A DNA stretch of 64,000 nucleotides, from positions 288,001 to 352,000 of the forward strand of contig JBBRLQ010000004.1 of NCBI GenBank assembly GCA_038231275.1, in the 5' to 3' direction. Position numbers and translations under genes: made by a program. The notes beneath the pieces are model-generated. The model had not been told where the DNA came from. It ran no database searches and saw only the letters and a list, made by a program, of their open reading frames with translations. The stretch comes from Polyangiales bacterium (GTDB taxonomy: Bacteria; Myxococcota_A; Polyangia; Polyangiales; Polyangiaceae). Positions 46,901-55,259 of the stretch are shown here, in pieces (position 1 is the stretch's first letter; every line of letters starts with the position of its first letter).

Positions 46901-48372
46901 TCGTCGAGCTCGGCAACGGCGCGCCGGTCGACGGGGCGGGAACGTCGCTCGCGCTCGCCATCGTCCGCGCCGCCGGAGCGGAGCGCGCGTTCGTCGCGGT
47001 CGTCGGGAATGACGGCGCGGTGCGCGTGGCGTGGGGCGCCGATCTCGATGGGCTACCCCTGCAAGACGCCAAGGATCGAATCGACGCCGCGGCGCTCGCC
47101 GGCGCGCTGCGCGCGGAGGGGCCTCTTTACCAACGCAACGTCGAAGGCCCCGCCGGCACCGGCTCGCGCTTGGCGATCGCGTCCCGCGGCGGCGATCCGC
47201 GCGCGGTCGTCGTCGTCGAGCATCGGTTCGCCCCCGCGCGATTCGACGGCGTCGATGGGGAGCTCGCGTCAAGGTGGGGGACGATGGCTTCGGTCCTCGC
47301 GCGGACCCACGCGAGCTCCGCAAGCCCCACATCCACGAGCGGCGGCGGCCTCAGCGCCGTCACCCAATCTTCTCGCATGCCCGTCTCCGCGGCGCGCGAG
47401 CTCGAGTCGAGCTCCGCGCCACTCCGAGAGGCGCGACGCGAGTATCCGACCATCCTCGGCGAGAGCCGCGTCCTCCGCCGTGCGCTCGCCCGCCTCGACG
47501 CGGCGGTCGACAGCGATCTGCCCGTCCTCTTGACCGGCGAGACCGGCACCGGCAAGGAGGTCTTTGCGCGCGCGCTGCACGATCACGGCGCGCGCGCTGG
47601 CCGACCCTTCGTGGCGGTGGACTGCGCGTCGCTCCCCGACGCGCTCTTCGAGGCGGAGCTCTTCGGCCACGCGCGCGGATCGTTCACCGGGGCCGAGCGC
47701 CCGCGCGCCGGACTCTTCGCACGCGCCGGCGAGGGGACGCTCTTCCTCGACGAGGTCGGCGAGCTCCCACTCCAGAGGCAGGCGTCGCTTCTGCGCGTGC
47801 TCGAGACGCGGCGTTTTCGCGCCGTGGGGAGCGACGAAGAGCAGACGTTCTGCGCGCGCGTCGTCGCGGCGACGAACCGGGATCTCGAGGAGGCGGTCCG
47901 CGCCGGGACCTTCCGGCAAGACCTCCTCTATCGTCTCAGGGTCCTGGACGTGACCGTCCCTGCCCTTCGCGCGCGCGCGGACGATATCCCGATGCTCGCC
48001 GCCGCGTTCCTCGCGCGCGCGGGCAGCGACGGGACGCTGGCGCCCGACGCCGTGGACGCGCTCACGGCGTACGCGTGGCCCGGGAACGTCCGCGAGCTGC
48101 TCCATCACATGCAGCGCCTCGCCGCCGCGGGCCTCGAGCGCGTCGAGATCGAGCACCTCCCGCGCGATCTGCGCGGCGCGATCCCGCTTCATTCGCGGCG
48201 TGACGACGCCTCGCGCGAGTCGCGGGAGCGCGCCGAGGTGACGCGCGCCCTCGCGGCGACCGGGGGAAACATCACCCACGCCGCCGCGCGCTTGGGGCTC
48301 ACGCGTCACGGCCTCAAGAAGCGAATGTTGCGGCTCGGCATGCGCGCCGCGCTTCCGGTTGGTAAGAGATAG
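43990..48372 (+). CDS. Ser/Thr kinase-like + P-loop NTPase + TPR + GAF + sigma54 activator (AAA+) + Fis HTH
   Basis: LGQGAQG, VHGDLKPEH, YGAPE; GPSGAGKS and LVLDDLD; TPR helices; GETGTGKE, ELFGHARGSFTGA, LFLDEV, ATNRDL, FRQDLLYRL, WPGNVREL; NITHAAARLGL. ATGA coupling to the upstream gene sets the start at 43990. Confidence 0.88.
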   Translation: MTASAPPLRLDHPRYEAGEALGQGAQGHVLRVRDRENPGRALVAKVLRGAAEGSLDAEFALLARLRIEGLARAHDLARDTSSGVLFLVEDFIDGPDAARHVAAEPTPASKNRALARILADLARTLGALHEAGFVHGDLKPEHARVTPARTMLLDLGAAIARTGDARPEMVTRAYGAPEVLAGGAASPSADLFGLGALAWGVATGRPPRGGTGALRDHAPWVAPSLAATIEALLAAHPADRPRSASEVLARLGACVDLGAWQASSGAPAGRAREWAEAARNRAHVLYVTGPSGAGKSHLVRELVATTLLEGRPARALAFPSEDGRLLPRLTAFFRGERDAFPFHVADGGGGVGEPVLLVLDDLDAARPEVRTALEALRCRGGDPLVRVVATCRRAPRGAITLELAPLAADAFEELAVSMGVPADEARALHTSCEGLPGWLVAARGRVPLTRDTALARTKSLSTDARDLLAVIALLGGEATRAQLARSTTLEVFAPLAELARAGLVSRRRAEGGQEEANATLASPGIARDLAAALSTYDLADRAAEAALGDGVPAATLLSVALCPTPPRRRAELLAAAATRARATGARSDELDALLASAADPAARTAPLLLRLERLTRDLGAANAHPQVLVWLDALGDQDASVRPLALRRRAEAKARAGAADDARATAALAREAARARGDAALEALSLATAGAVALFRADWPEAERALIEARSLASAFPPDDPEELARLDHNLGVVLLYRNRHAEAAHAFERALAVKRALGDSAGCRACLLNLGLAWTREGRFEEAERALTEATLLAESLEQTTGRAWTLAARADLEIRRRRPRDAERFTAEAEASSDALPPAVRADLALLRAEIGLEDGDGRAALAALDALDTSLRADDALIDARAHVLTSRAFMAMVPPEPRRAARAAVAALRRSREAALAEQEAAAAIALTQARTRARSAARCYEARAMPVSATPATPSTPRDAPLWAWLVELGNGAPVDGAGTSLALAIVRAAGAERAFVAVVGNDGAVRVAWGADLDGLPLQDAKDRIDAAALAGALRAEGPLYQRNVEGPAGTGSRLAIASRGGDPRAVVVVEHRFAPARFDGVDGELASRWGTMASVLARTHASSASPTSTSGGGLSAVTQSSRMPVSAARELESSSAPLREARREYPTILGESRVLRRALARLDAAVDSDLPVLLTGETGTGKEVFARALHDHGARAGRPFVAVDCASLPDALFEAELFGHARGSFTGAERPRAGLFARAGEGTLFLDEVGELPLQRQASLLRVLETRRFRAVGSDEEQTFCARVVAATNRDLEEAVRAGTFRQDLLYRLRVLDVTVPALRARADDIPMLAAAFLARAGSDGTLAPDAVDALTAYAWPGNVRELLHHMQRLAAAGLERVEIEHLPRDLRGAIPLHSRRDDASRESRERAEVTRALAATGGNITHAAARLGLTRHGLKKRMLRLGMRAALPVGKR

Positions 48373-48379
48373 GAGTCCC

Positions 48380-49534
48380 ATGCGCGCGCTCGCCATCGCC
48401 CTCACGCTGTCCGCTCCGCCGCTCGCCTTCGCGTGCAGCGTCGCAAAGAGCACGGTCACGCCGGGCGCCGGCGCCGACGGCGGAGGGATCGCAGCAGAGG
48501 ACGCGAGCGCGGTCGACGCCGGGGATCCCTCCCCTGCGGCGACGTGCAGCGCGCCGCTCCCCGCGGGCATTCTCCTCCCAAGCGTCGACCTCCTCGGGCA
48601 TCCCCCCTATGCCGCCGACGGGTGCACGCTCGTCTACGTGGCCAGCGCGGCCTCCGGCGCCGGCGAGCTCCGCGCGCGCGATCTCACGACCGGCGCGGAG
48701 ACGGTCCTCGCCCCCGCCTCCGAGTCACCGCGAAGGCCGACGATCGCCGGCGACGTGATCGCGTGGGAGGCCATGGACGGCGCGACGGCGATCGTGCGCG
48801 TCCGTACGGCGGGCGCGACGTTCACCGTGTCGGGCCCGTTCGATCACGCGGGCGAGGCACGCGCTGCCGCGGACGCCGTCGTCTTCACGGGGTGGCGCAG
48901 CGCAGACCCGGTCGGCGATACCGACGTGTTCGTCGTCGACGCCGTGACGCGTGCCGCGCGACTGGTCCTCGGAGGTCCGGGACAGCAGCGCTTCGCGGAC
49001 ATCTCGAGAGGCGCGATCGCGGCGACGGATTTTTCGGAGGATCCCGACGGGACCTTCAACGACAACGAGACCGACCTCGCCGACGTCGTCCTCTTCGATC
49101 GCGCGACGTCGCAAGTCACGCGGCGTCCGCGCACGGGAAAACAAGCCTTTCCGATGATCGCGTCGCCGACCCGCCTCGGCTACCTCGACTGGGCCACGGT
49201 GCACCCCGAGCCGAAGCTGGCGGCGTACGTTCTTCGCGTTGGAGACATGGCCGGTCCTGCGGAGGCCGACGTCACCCTCGCCACCGTGACCGACGCGAGC
49301 GGGCAGTACGTCCTACCGTCGGGCCGCAACGGCGTCATCGAGTGGGTGCAGAGGCCGATGGGCGCTAGCCCCGCATTGTTCAAGGCGCCCGCCGATCTCT
49401 CGAGCCCCGCCGCCGCCGTCCCCGGGCTCGACGGCCTCGAGCTCTTCGCGCCTGCGCTGGCGGCGTCGTTCACCCTGCTCGGCACGCGCGCGTCGGGCTC
49501 GACCGACGTGGTCCTCACGGCGATCGCGCGCTGA
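48380..49534 (+). CDS. Lipoprotein with beta-propeller/TolB-like repeats
   Basis: AGGAG RBS; lipobox AFAC; repeated P.I.GD.IAW and DVFVVD units. Confidence 0.6.
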   Translation: MRALAIALTLSAPPLAFACSVAKSTVTPGAGADGGGIAAEDASAVDAGDPSPAATCSAPLPAGILLPSVDLLGHPPYAADGCTLVYVASAASGAGELRARDLTTGAETVLAPASESPRRPTIAGDVIAWEAMDGATAIVRVRTAGATFTVSGPFDHAGEARAAADAVVFTGWRSADPVGDTDVFVVDAVTRAARLVLGGPGQQRFADISRGAIAATDFSEDPDGTFNDNETDLADVVLFDRATSQVTRRPRTGKQAFPMIASPTRLGYLDWATVHPEPKLAAYVLRVGDMAGPAEADVTLATVTDASGQYVLPSGRNGVIEWVQRPMGASPALFKAPADLSSPAAAVPGLDGLELFAPALAASFTLLGTRASGSTDVVLTAIAR

Positions 49535-50678
49535 TCTGGCCGCGCCGCGCGACGAACGAGTCGCTCTTCCCCGCGCCCGCCACCGGCACCATCCTCCCGC
49601 GCACCTCGTCCGCCGCGAGCTCGAGGAGGACGAAATGCGTCGTCCCCTCGACGAACACCTTCGTCCCCGCGTCGCGCGTCGCGGGCGCCGCCTCGTGATG
49701 GAACGGAGCCCCTCCCCCGCCCGTGATGATGTGCGTCACGGCGTGACCACCGCGCCCTGGATGCTCGAGGCGCTCGTACGCGTGCGAGTGACCCGCGACG
49801 ACGAGCGCGATGTCGTGCTTGTCGAGGATCTCCTCGGCGATCCGCGTCCGCACCGTCGGCGACGGCTCGTCCTCTGCGGTCGAGGAGTACGCGGGCAGGT
49901 GCATCGCCACGATCGACCTGAGCCCCTTTGCGTCGGCGTCGGCGAGGCTCGCCTCGAGCCACTTCAGCTGGCGGCCGCCGGCATCGATCGGATCGAGATC
50001 GCCGAAGAGATCGTCGCCGGTGTCGAGCGCGTGGACACGGTAACCACCAATTTCTACTGAAAAGAAGAGACCGACGTCACCTCGATCGGGCGTTTCGTTC
50101 GAAACGAAGAGCCGCGCCAGCTCGCGCCGATCGGCCTGGTGGTACTCGTCGTGGTTGCCAGGCACGAACACGAACGGAACGCGATCGGAGAGCCGCAGCG
50201 GCGCCGTGTCCGCGAGAAAGCCATTCCAGCCATCGGCATCGCGCGGAGGCGCGAACGGACGCCCGATCGTCTCGTGAATGAGCGCCGGAAACGGCACGAG
50301 CGACGCGAGCATCACGACGGGGTAGCCGCGCTGGACCTGCGGCCAGAACGGCAGGAGGTACGTCGCGAGACCGAAGTCGGGCATGTGCCCGACGGGATAA
50401 CAACGGAGCGCGTCCCCGGTGAACACGACGAGATCGGGTCGGGCGGCGCGAATGGCCTCGACGACGGCGCGGTGCTTCTCACGTTCGCCGCGTACGTCTC
50501 CATAAACGGCGACGCGCACGGGCTCGGCGCTCGTGCGGGCCGCGACCGGGACGGACGCACGGCCGGTGAACGGATCGAGCCAACGAGGATCCGTCGCCAC
50601 GTGCGTGAGCGGTCCGCCGCATGCGACGACGAACGTCGAGACGACAGCCGCTCCGGTCAGACGCCAGACTCTCCGCAT
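49515..50678 (-). CDS. Calcineurin-like metallophosphoesterase lipoprotein
   Basis: VYGD, FTGD, PGNHD, MHLP and AGHSHAYER; lipobox VVAC after ATG 50678. Confidence 0.8.
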   Translation of the reverse strand: MRRVWRLTGAAVVSTFVVACGGPLTHVATDPRWLDPFTGRASVPVAARTSAEPVRVAVYGDVRGEREKHRAVVEAIRAARPDLVVFTGDALRCYPVGHMPDFGLATYLLPFWPQVQRGYPVVMLASLVPFPALIHETIGRPFAPPRDADGWNGFLADTAPLRLSDRVPFVFVPGNHDEYHQADRRELARLFVSNETPDRGDVGLFFSVEIGGYRVHALDTGDDLFGDLDPIDAGGRQLKWLEASLADADAKGLRSIVAMHLPAYSSTAEDEPSPTVRTRIAEEILDKHDIALVVAGHSHAYERLEHPGRGGHAVTHIITGGGGAPFHHEAAPATRDAGTKVFVEGTTHFVLLELAADEVRGRMVPVAGAGKSDSFVARRGQISARSP

Positions 50679-50805
50679 CGCACTTACGTTCGACGGTCCG
50701 TTCGCGCCTGTCACCACAATTTCATTTTCGAGCGCGCGCCGCGACGGCTCGACCGCTTGACGAAGGCGATCTCGCGAACCATGTTGGAGCAAAGGTAGAC
50801 GACCG

Positions 50806-50904
50806 ATGACCGCCCGCGCACTCCAGCCCAACTGTCTCATCCCCGTTTGCGGGATGGACACGAGCTGCGCGAGCGGCTCGAGCCCGCGTACGCGCGGGCA
50901 GTAG
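50806..50904 (+). CDS. Putative 32-aa leader peptide MTARALQPNCLIPVCGMDTSCASGSSPRTRGQ upstream of the MATE gene
   Basis: ATG 50806 to TAG 50904, following TTGACG-N17-CATGTT (50757-50785) and an AAGG; not in the ORF track. Confidence 0.4.
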   Translation: MTARALQPNCLIPVCGMDTSCASGSSPRTRGQ

Positions 50905-50913
50905 TCGTCGCCC

Positions 50914-51002
50914 ACGTCCTCTCCGAACACGGAGCCCCCGAGACGCCTGGCGATGTGAGCCTGGTGGACGGTGGACTTCGGGGCTCCGCGGAAGAGAGAC
51001 GT
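50914..51002 (+). promoter_or_regulatory. Long hairpin predicted to sequester the RBS of the MATE gene
   Basis: ACGTCCTCTCCG (50914-25) pairs with CGGAAGAGAGACGT (50989-51002); GGAGCCCCCGA pairs with TCGGGGCTCC; ATG at 51007. Confidence 0.5.
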
Positions 51003-51006
51003 CGTC

Positions 51007-52470
51007 ATGCCTCGGTGGACTCTGTTGCATCGTCTGAAACGAAGGGTCGCTGTCGCGCGCCGAGCAAGGCGGTGGGCGCGCGGGCGACCCGAAAAGGCCC
51101 TATTTTACCGCGCGGCGGCGGAGGTCTCACGCCTCGCGTGGCCCATCGCGGCCGCCATGTTGGGCGAAGTAGCGATCGGCCTCGTCGATACGAAGCTCGT
51201 CGGAGCCCTCGGCGCGGAGGCGATCGGCGGCGTCGGCGTCGCGAACGTCCTGATGTTCCTCGGGTACTCGATCGTCTTCGGGTTGATGCGCGGCGTGAAG
51301 ATACGGACCGCGTACTCCGTAGGCCGCGGCGCACCCGAGGAGGGTGCTCGGTACGCGCTCGCCGGCGTCGTGATGGGCGGCGCGATCGGGACCGTCCTCT
51401 TCGTCCTCGCGCGCGATGCGTCTCCCGTGCTCACGCTGCTCGGCGTCGACGGGGCGCTCGTGCCGTACGGCCGCGACTTCTTGGCGGCGGTCACCTGCGG
51501 CGCGCCGGCGACGTGCGCGCTCACGGCGCTGGTTCAACATCGGCAGGGCGTCGGTGATTCTCGTACGCCGATGATCGTCGGACTCGCCGGCAACCTCGTG
51601 AACGCAATGCTGGCGTGGTCGCTCATTTACGGCCACTTGGGCCTACCTGCGCTCGGCGTGAGTGGCGGCGGCTACGGCACCGCGATCACCGAGTGGCTCG
51701 AGCTCGTCGTGATGCTCGGCCTCCTGTTGCGAGACGCGCGGCGCGACAGCCACGCGATCCGTGTCTCGTCTCGTGTCTCGGCCCGCGCTAGCCGCCTCTC
51801 CCTCCGCGTCGCCGCGCGCGAGGTCTGCGAGCTGGGATTGCCGACCGGCGCGCAGTTCGGCGCGGAGATGCTCGCGTTCACCGCCTTCACCGCGATCCTA
51901 GGCGGACTCGGCCGCGTCGAGATTGCGGCGCACCAGATCGCGCTCGCGACGATCCGCGTCTCGTTCCTCCCCGGCATCGCGATCGGAGAGGCCGCGAGCG
52001 TCCTCGTCGGCCAAGCGCTGGCGACCCGAAGGCTCGCAAGCGCCGATCGCATCACCGGCGCGGCCGTCGCGGTCGCGGTCGCGTTCATGGCGGCGTGTGG
52101 AATCGCCTTCGCGACGCTCGGCAGCGTGATCGCGCGCGCGTTCACGCCCGACGCGGAGGTCAGGCACGTCGTCGTGCGCCTTCTCATGGTCGCCGCGGTG
52201 TTCCAGGTGCTCGACGCGGCAAACATCGTCCTCCGCGGCGCGCTGCGCGGAGCGAAGGACGTGCGCGTGCCGGCGTACATCGGAATCGGCGTCATCTGGA
52301 CGTGCGTACCGACCGCCGCGTACGTCCTCGGCAAGCTCGCCGGCTGGGGCGCGGTCGGCGGCTGGGTCGGCTTCATCGGAGAGACCGTCTTCGCGACGAT
52401 CCTTTTCACCTGGCGCTGGCGACGGGGCGCGTGGCGGCTCGCAGAAAACTTGCGATCGGAGGCGAGGTGA
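51007..52470 (+). CDS. MATE family efflux transporter
   Basis: LAWPI, VDTKLVG.LG, GVGDSRTPM, LGLPALGVSG, AAHQIA, FQVLDA...GALRGAKD. Confidence 0.9.
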   Translation: MPRWTLLHRLKRRVAVARRARRWARGRPEKALFYRAAAEVSRLAWPIAAAMLGEVAIGLVDTKLVGALGAEAIGGVGVANVLMFLGYSIVFGLMRGVKIRTAYSVGRGAPEEGARYALAGVVMGGAIGTVLFVLARDASPVLTLLGVDGALVPYGRDFLAAVTCGAPATCALTALVQHRQGVGDSRTPMIVGLAGNLVNAMLAWSLIYGHLGLPALGVSGGGYGTAITEWLELVVMLGLLLRDARRDSHAIRVSSRVSARASRLSLRVAAREVCELGLPTGAQFGAEMLAFTAFTAILGGLGRVEIAAHQIALATIRVSFLPGIAIGEAASVLVGQALATRRLASADRITGAAVAVAVAFMAACGIAFATLGSVIARAFTPDAEVRHVVVRLLMVAAVFQVLDAANIVLRGALRGAKDVRVPAYIGIGVIWTCVPTAAYVLGKLAGWGAVGGWVGFIGETVFATILFTWRWRRGAWRLAENLRSEAR

Positions 52471-52616
52471 GCCGTTGTAGATCCATCGTGGATCCTGTAC
52501 GGTGCAAAACTACAGTGTCAGCGGTGAAATCCCTGCCTGGTTTGTAGTCTCGTAACGATACATGGATCCAGGGCTTTTCGCCGCAGCGTGCAAGGTGCGC
52601 GGTACTGCGGGGGGTG

Positions 52617-52632
52617 TGGCACGAGCCCTGCT
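52617..52632 (+). promoter_or_regulatory. Putative sigma54 (-24/-12) promoter TGGCACGAGCCCTGCT
   Basis: GG-N10-GC spacing, about 100 bp upstream of the MYXO-CTERM gene. Confidence 0.6.
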
Positions 52633-52728
52633 TATGTCCGACTCAGTGGGTGTACATCCTACACTGAGCGACATGGGTGGGCCACGAGTGACGATGATGC
52701 GGGCAGTCGGGCCCGCACGGAGAAGATC

Positions 52729-54249
52729 ATGAAATCGATTCGTAGCCTCGCGTTTCGTTTCGGCCTCAGCACGCTCGCCGTGGCGGCCACCTCGCTGGTC
52801 GGGGGCGCCGCTCGCGCGGACAGCACGCCGAGCCCGTCGGGGAAATGCGAGACCACGCTCCAGTGCTCGTCGGGGAACGCGTCGCTTCGCGCCCAGGGCC
52901 GCGGACCGTTCGTCACGACTGTGAGCACCGGATGGCTGCCGGCGTGCACGACGCCCGATCCGAAGGGCCACTGCATCGGGGATCAGGACCTCCAGTTCCG
53001 CGCGGACATCGCGCTCAACGCGCCCGAGGATCCGGCGCAGATGCTCTACGACGTCGACATGCGCAAGGGCGCGATCGTCGACGTGACGTGGCCCGACACC
53101 GACTCACTCACGCTGAAGCTCGCGGGCGGCGCGCAGACGGACGGCAACTTCGTCATCCAGCACACGCTCACGCCGAACGTCGGCGTCTACGTCGGCAAGG
53201 TCGGTCCCTTCAGCCTCGATAAGGAGTGGAACTGGGACGCGTCGGTGCTCGTTCAAGGCGCACCCGGCGCGCACTGGAACTACCTCGGCACCGGCACCTC
53301 GCAGTTCCTGCCGTGGGCGCTCGGCGGCACGTCGGTCGACGTAAAGGGACCCGATCTTGCCAACTCCCAGCTCTTCTCGGTCCCGCTCCAGAGCCTGCCC
53401 GGTCTGAGCGGGATCCTCGAAGGCACGCTCGGCATGAGCGCGACCACCTCGCCGACGTTCACGTACAAGACGACGAAGGTGAACTTCACCGGCGTCGGCA
53501 CGACGATCACCCAGGCGACCCCGAGCGCGAAGATCAAGGTGCAGAACGCCGACGCGATCGATCTCTTCGCGAGTGTCGAAGGTGAGCTCACGTTCACGGG
53601 AACGATGGAAGTCCTCCCCGTCCTGACGATCACGAAGATCTACTCGCTCGCGATCAACATCCAGATCCCGATCAGCATCGGCGCCAAGACCGACTACGAC
53701 AGCGGCAAGACGCCGTACGTTGTGACGTTCCCCGGCACCAAGATCCACGTGCCGCTCCCGAACCTCTCCGTGCCGAACGACCTCATCGACTTCGGGACGA
53801 TCAAGACGGGATCCCAGGCAGAGAAGAAGATCACCGTCAACAACACCGGCGAGCTCGGCGCGATCCTCAGCATCGAGAGCTCGGACCCGGCGTTCGTCGT
53901 CCCGTCGCCGCAAGCGCAGATGACGCAGAAGTCCACGTCCGATCTCGTCGTGCGCTACCAGCCGACCAAGGACGGGCCGGCGACGGCGACCATCACGGTG
54001 AAGTCGAACGATCCCGACGCGCCGGTCCAGACTTTCGACGTGAAGGGCAACGCCGAGCCGACCGCCGCCGCGCCGCCGCCCGGCAACACCGGTACGACGG
54101 AGCCGCCGGTGCCTGCCGCGCAGCCCGCCTCGAACAGCGGATGCGGCTGCCGCGTGACCTCGCCGACGATGTCCGGCGAAGCCGGGACGGCACTCCTCGG
54201 CCTCGCGGCCCTCGCGATCGTCCGCCGCCGCCGCACGTCGAAGAAGTAA
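52729..54249 (+). CDS. Secreted MYXO-CTERM surface protein with ASH/choice-of-anchor-D Ig-like domain
   Basis: Signal peptide ending ARA-D; IDFGTI...ITVNNTG...VRYQP...SNDPDAP; C-terminal SGCGCRV...ALLGLAALAIVRRRR. Confidence 0.85.
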   Translation: MKSIRSLAFRFGLSTLAVAATSLVGGAARADSTPSPSGKCETTLQCSSGNASLRAQGRGPFVTTVSTGWLPACTTPDPKGHCIGDQDLQFRADIALNAPEDPAQMLYDVDMRKGAIVDVTWPDTDSLTLKLAGGAQTDGNFVIQHTLTPNVGVYVGKVGPFSLDKEWNWDASVLVQGAPGAHWNYLGTGTSQFLPWALGGTSVDVKGPDLANSQLFSVPLQSLPGLSGILEGTLGMSATTSPTFTYKTTKVNFTGVGTTITQATPSAKIKVQNADAIDLFASVEGELTFTGTMEVLPVLTITKIYSLAINIQIPISIGAKTDYDSGKTPYVVTFPGTKIHVPLPNLSVPNDLIDFGTIKTGSQAEKKITVNNTGELGAILSIESSDPAFVVPSPQAQMTQKSTSDLVVRYQPTKDGPATATITVKSNDPDAPVQTFDVKGNAEPTAAAPPPGNTGTTEPPVPAAQPASNSGCGCRVTSPTMSGEAGTALLGLAALAIVRRRRTSKK

Positions 54250-54343
54250 GCGCGCACCTTCGCGCTCGTTTTGCGGTACGGGCTGCCTCTTCGTGAGGCG
54301 GCCCGTTCGCGTATCTGGCGCCCGTCGCTTTGCTCCGAACTGC

Positions 54344-54356
54344 GTAACCAGGTTAC
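54344..54356. promoter_or_regulatory. 13-bp palindrome GTAACCAGGTTAC just before the GntR gene (candidate autoregulatory operator)
   Basis: Ends 4 nt before the GTG start; identical to 42465-42477. Confidence 0.5.
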
Positions 54357-54359
54357 TCT

Positions 54360-55091
54360 GTGAGCACGATGCCGCGCCCCGCCGCCGTGAAGCCGCCGCC
54401 TCTCGAGTGGGCGCAGCCTCCCGAGTCGCAGGCGCGGATGCGCGCGGCCGATCACGTCTTCGAGGCCGTCGCTGGCGCCATCCTCCAAGGCAAGGTGGCG
54501 CCGGGTGACGCGCTTCCGCCGGAGCGCGAGCTGGCGATGCGCTTCGACATCTCGCGCGTGCTCGTGCGTGAGGCGATCCACAAGCTGAAGGAGCTGGGTC
54601 TGGTCCGCGTTCGGCAAGGCGGGCAGACGATCGTCCTCGATCCGGAGCTCTCGACCGACCCGCGCGTGACGATGCTCAACTTCGAGCTCGCCGCGCCGAT
54701 GGGCGCCGCGGTGCGCGACATGGCCGAGCGCCAGCTCGTGCAGGGAATGGTGCTCCTCGAGCTCGCGGAGCCGAGGTGCGTGACCGCCAACATCGACGAG
54801 CTAGACAAGACGATCGACGACTACGCAGCGGCGGGCACAGAGGCGGCGCCGATGTTCATCATGCAGTTCTGGACGACGGTCGCGAAGGCCACGCAGAACC
54901 AGATCCTGCTTCGCGAGACGCGCTTCTGGTTCCAGCTCGCGTCGCGACGAATGGGCGGCGCGCCTCCCGGAATGTCGCTCACCCACGAAGAGCGCCTCGC
55001 GATGCACCGCGGCGTCACCGAGCGCCTGCGCCGTCGCGGGGGCGCCTCCGATTACTACATGTCGATCATGCGAAAGCACCTCGCGCGCTGA
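54360..55091 (+). CDS. GntR/FadR-family transcriptional regulator
   Basis: PGDALPPERELA.RFDISR..VREAI..L...GLV.VRQG; helical FCD-like C-terminus. Confidence 0.88.
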   Translation: MSTMPRPAAVKPPPLEWAQPPESQARMRAADHVFEAVAGAILQGKVAPGDALPPERELAMRFDISRVLVREAIHKLKELGLVRVRQGGQTIVLDPELSTDPRVTMLNFELAAPMGAAVRDMAERQLVQGMVLLELAEPRCVTANIDELDKTIDDYAAAGTEAAPMFIMQFWTTVAKATQNQILLRETRFWFQLASRRMGGAPPGMSLTHEERLAMHRGVTERLRRRGGASDYYMSIMRKHLAR

Positions 55092-55215
55092 TCGAACCGT
55101 CGCGTTCGAATTTTACACGCCCGGCTGCAGCGCGGACTGGACATGGTGATCCAGTTTGCATGGAGGCCGCGAGGGCGAGACGCGTAAAAGAAGCGCAAAC
55201 TCCCTAAAAACAGGC

Positions 55216-55231
55216 TGGCGCGCCGGTTGCT
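55216..55231 (+). promoter_or_regulatory. Putative sigma54 promoter TGGCGCGCCGGTTGCT
   Basis: Near-consensus TGGCNNN-N4-TTGC, 29 bp before ATG 55260. Confidence 0.65.
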
Positions 55232-55259
55232 GAGGACCCTTCAGTGAAAGAGGGTAACC

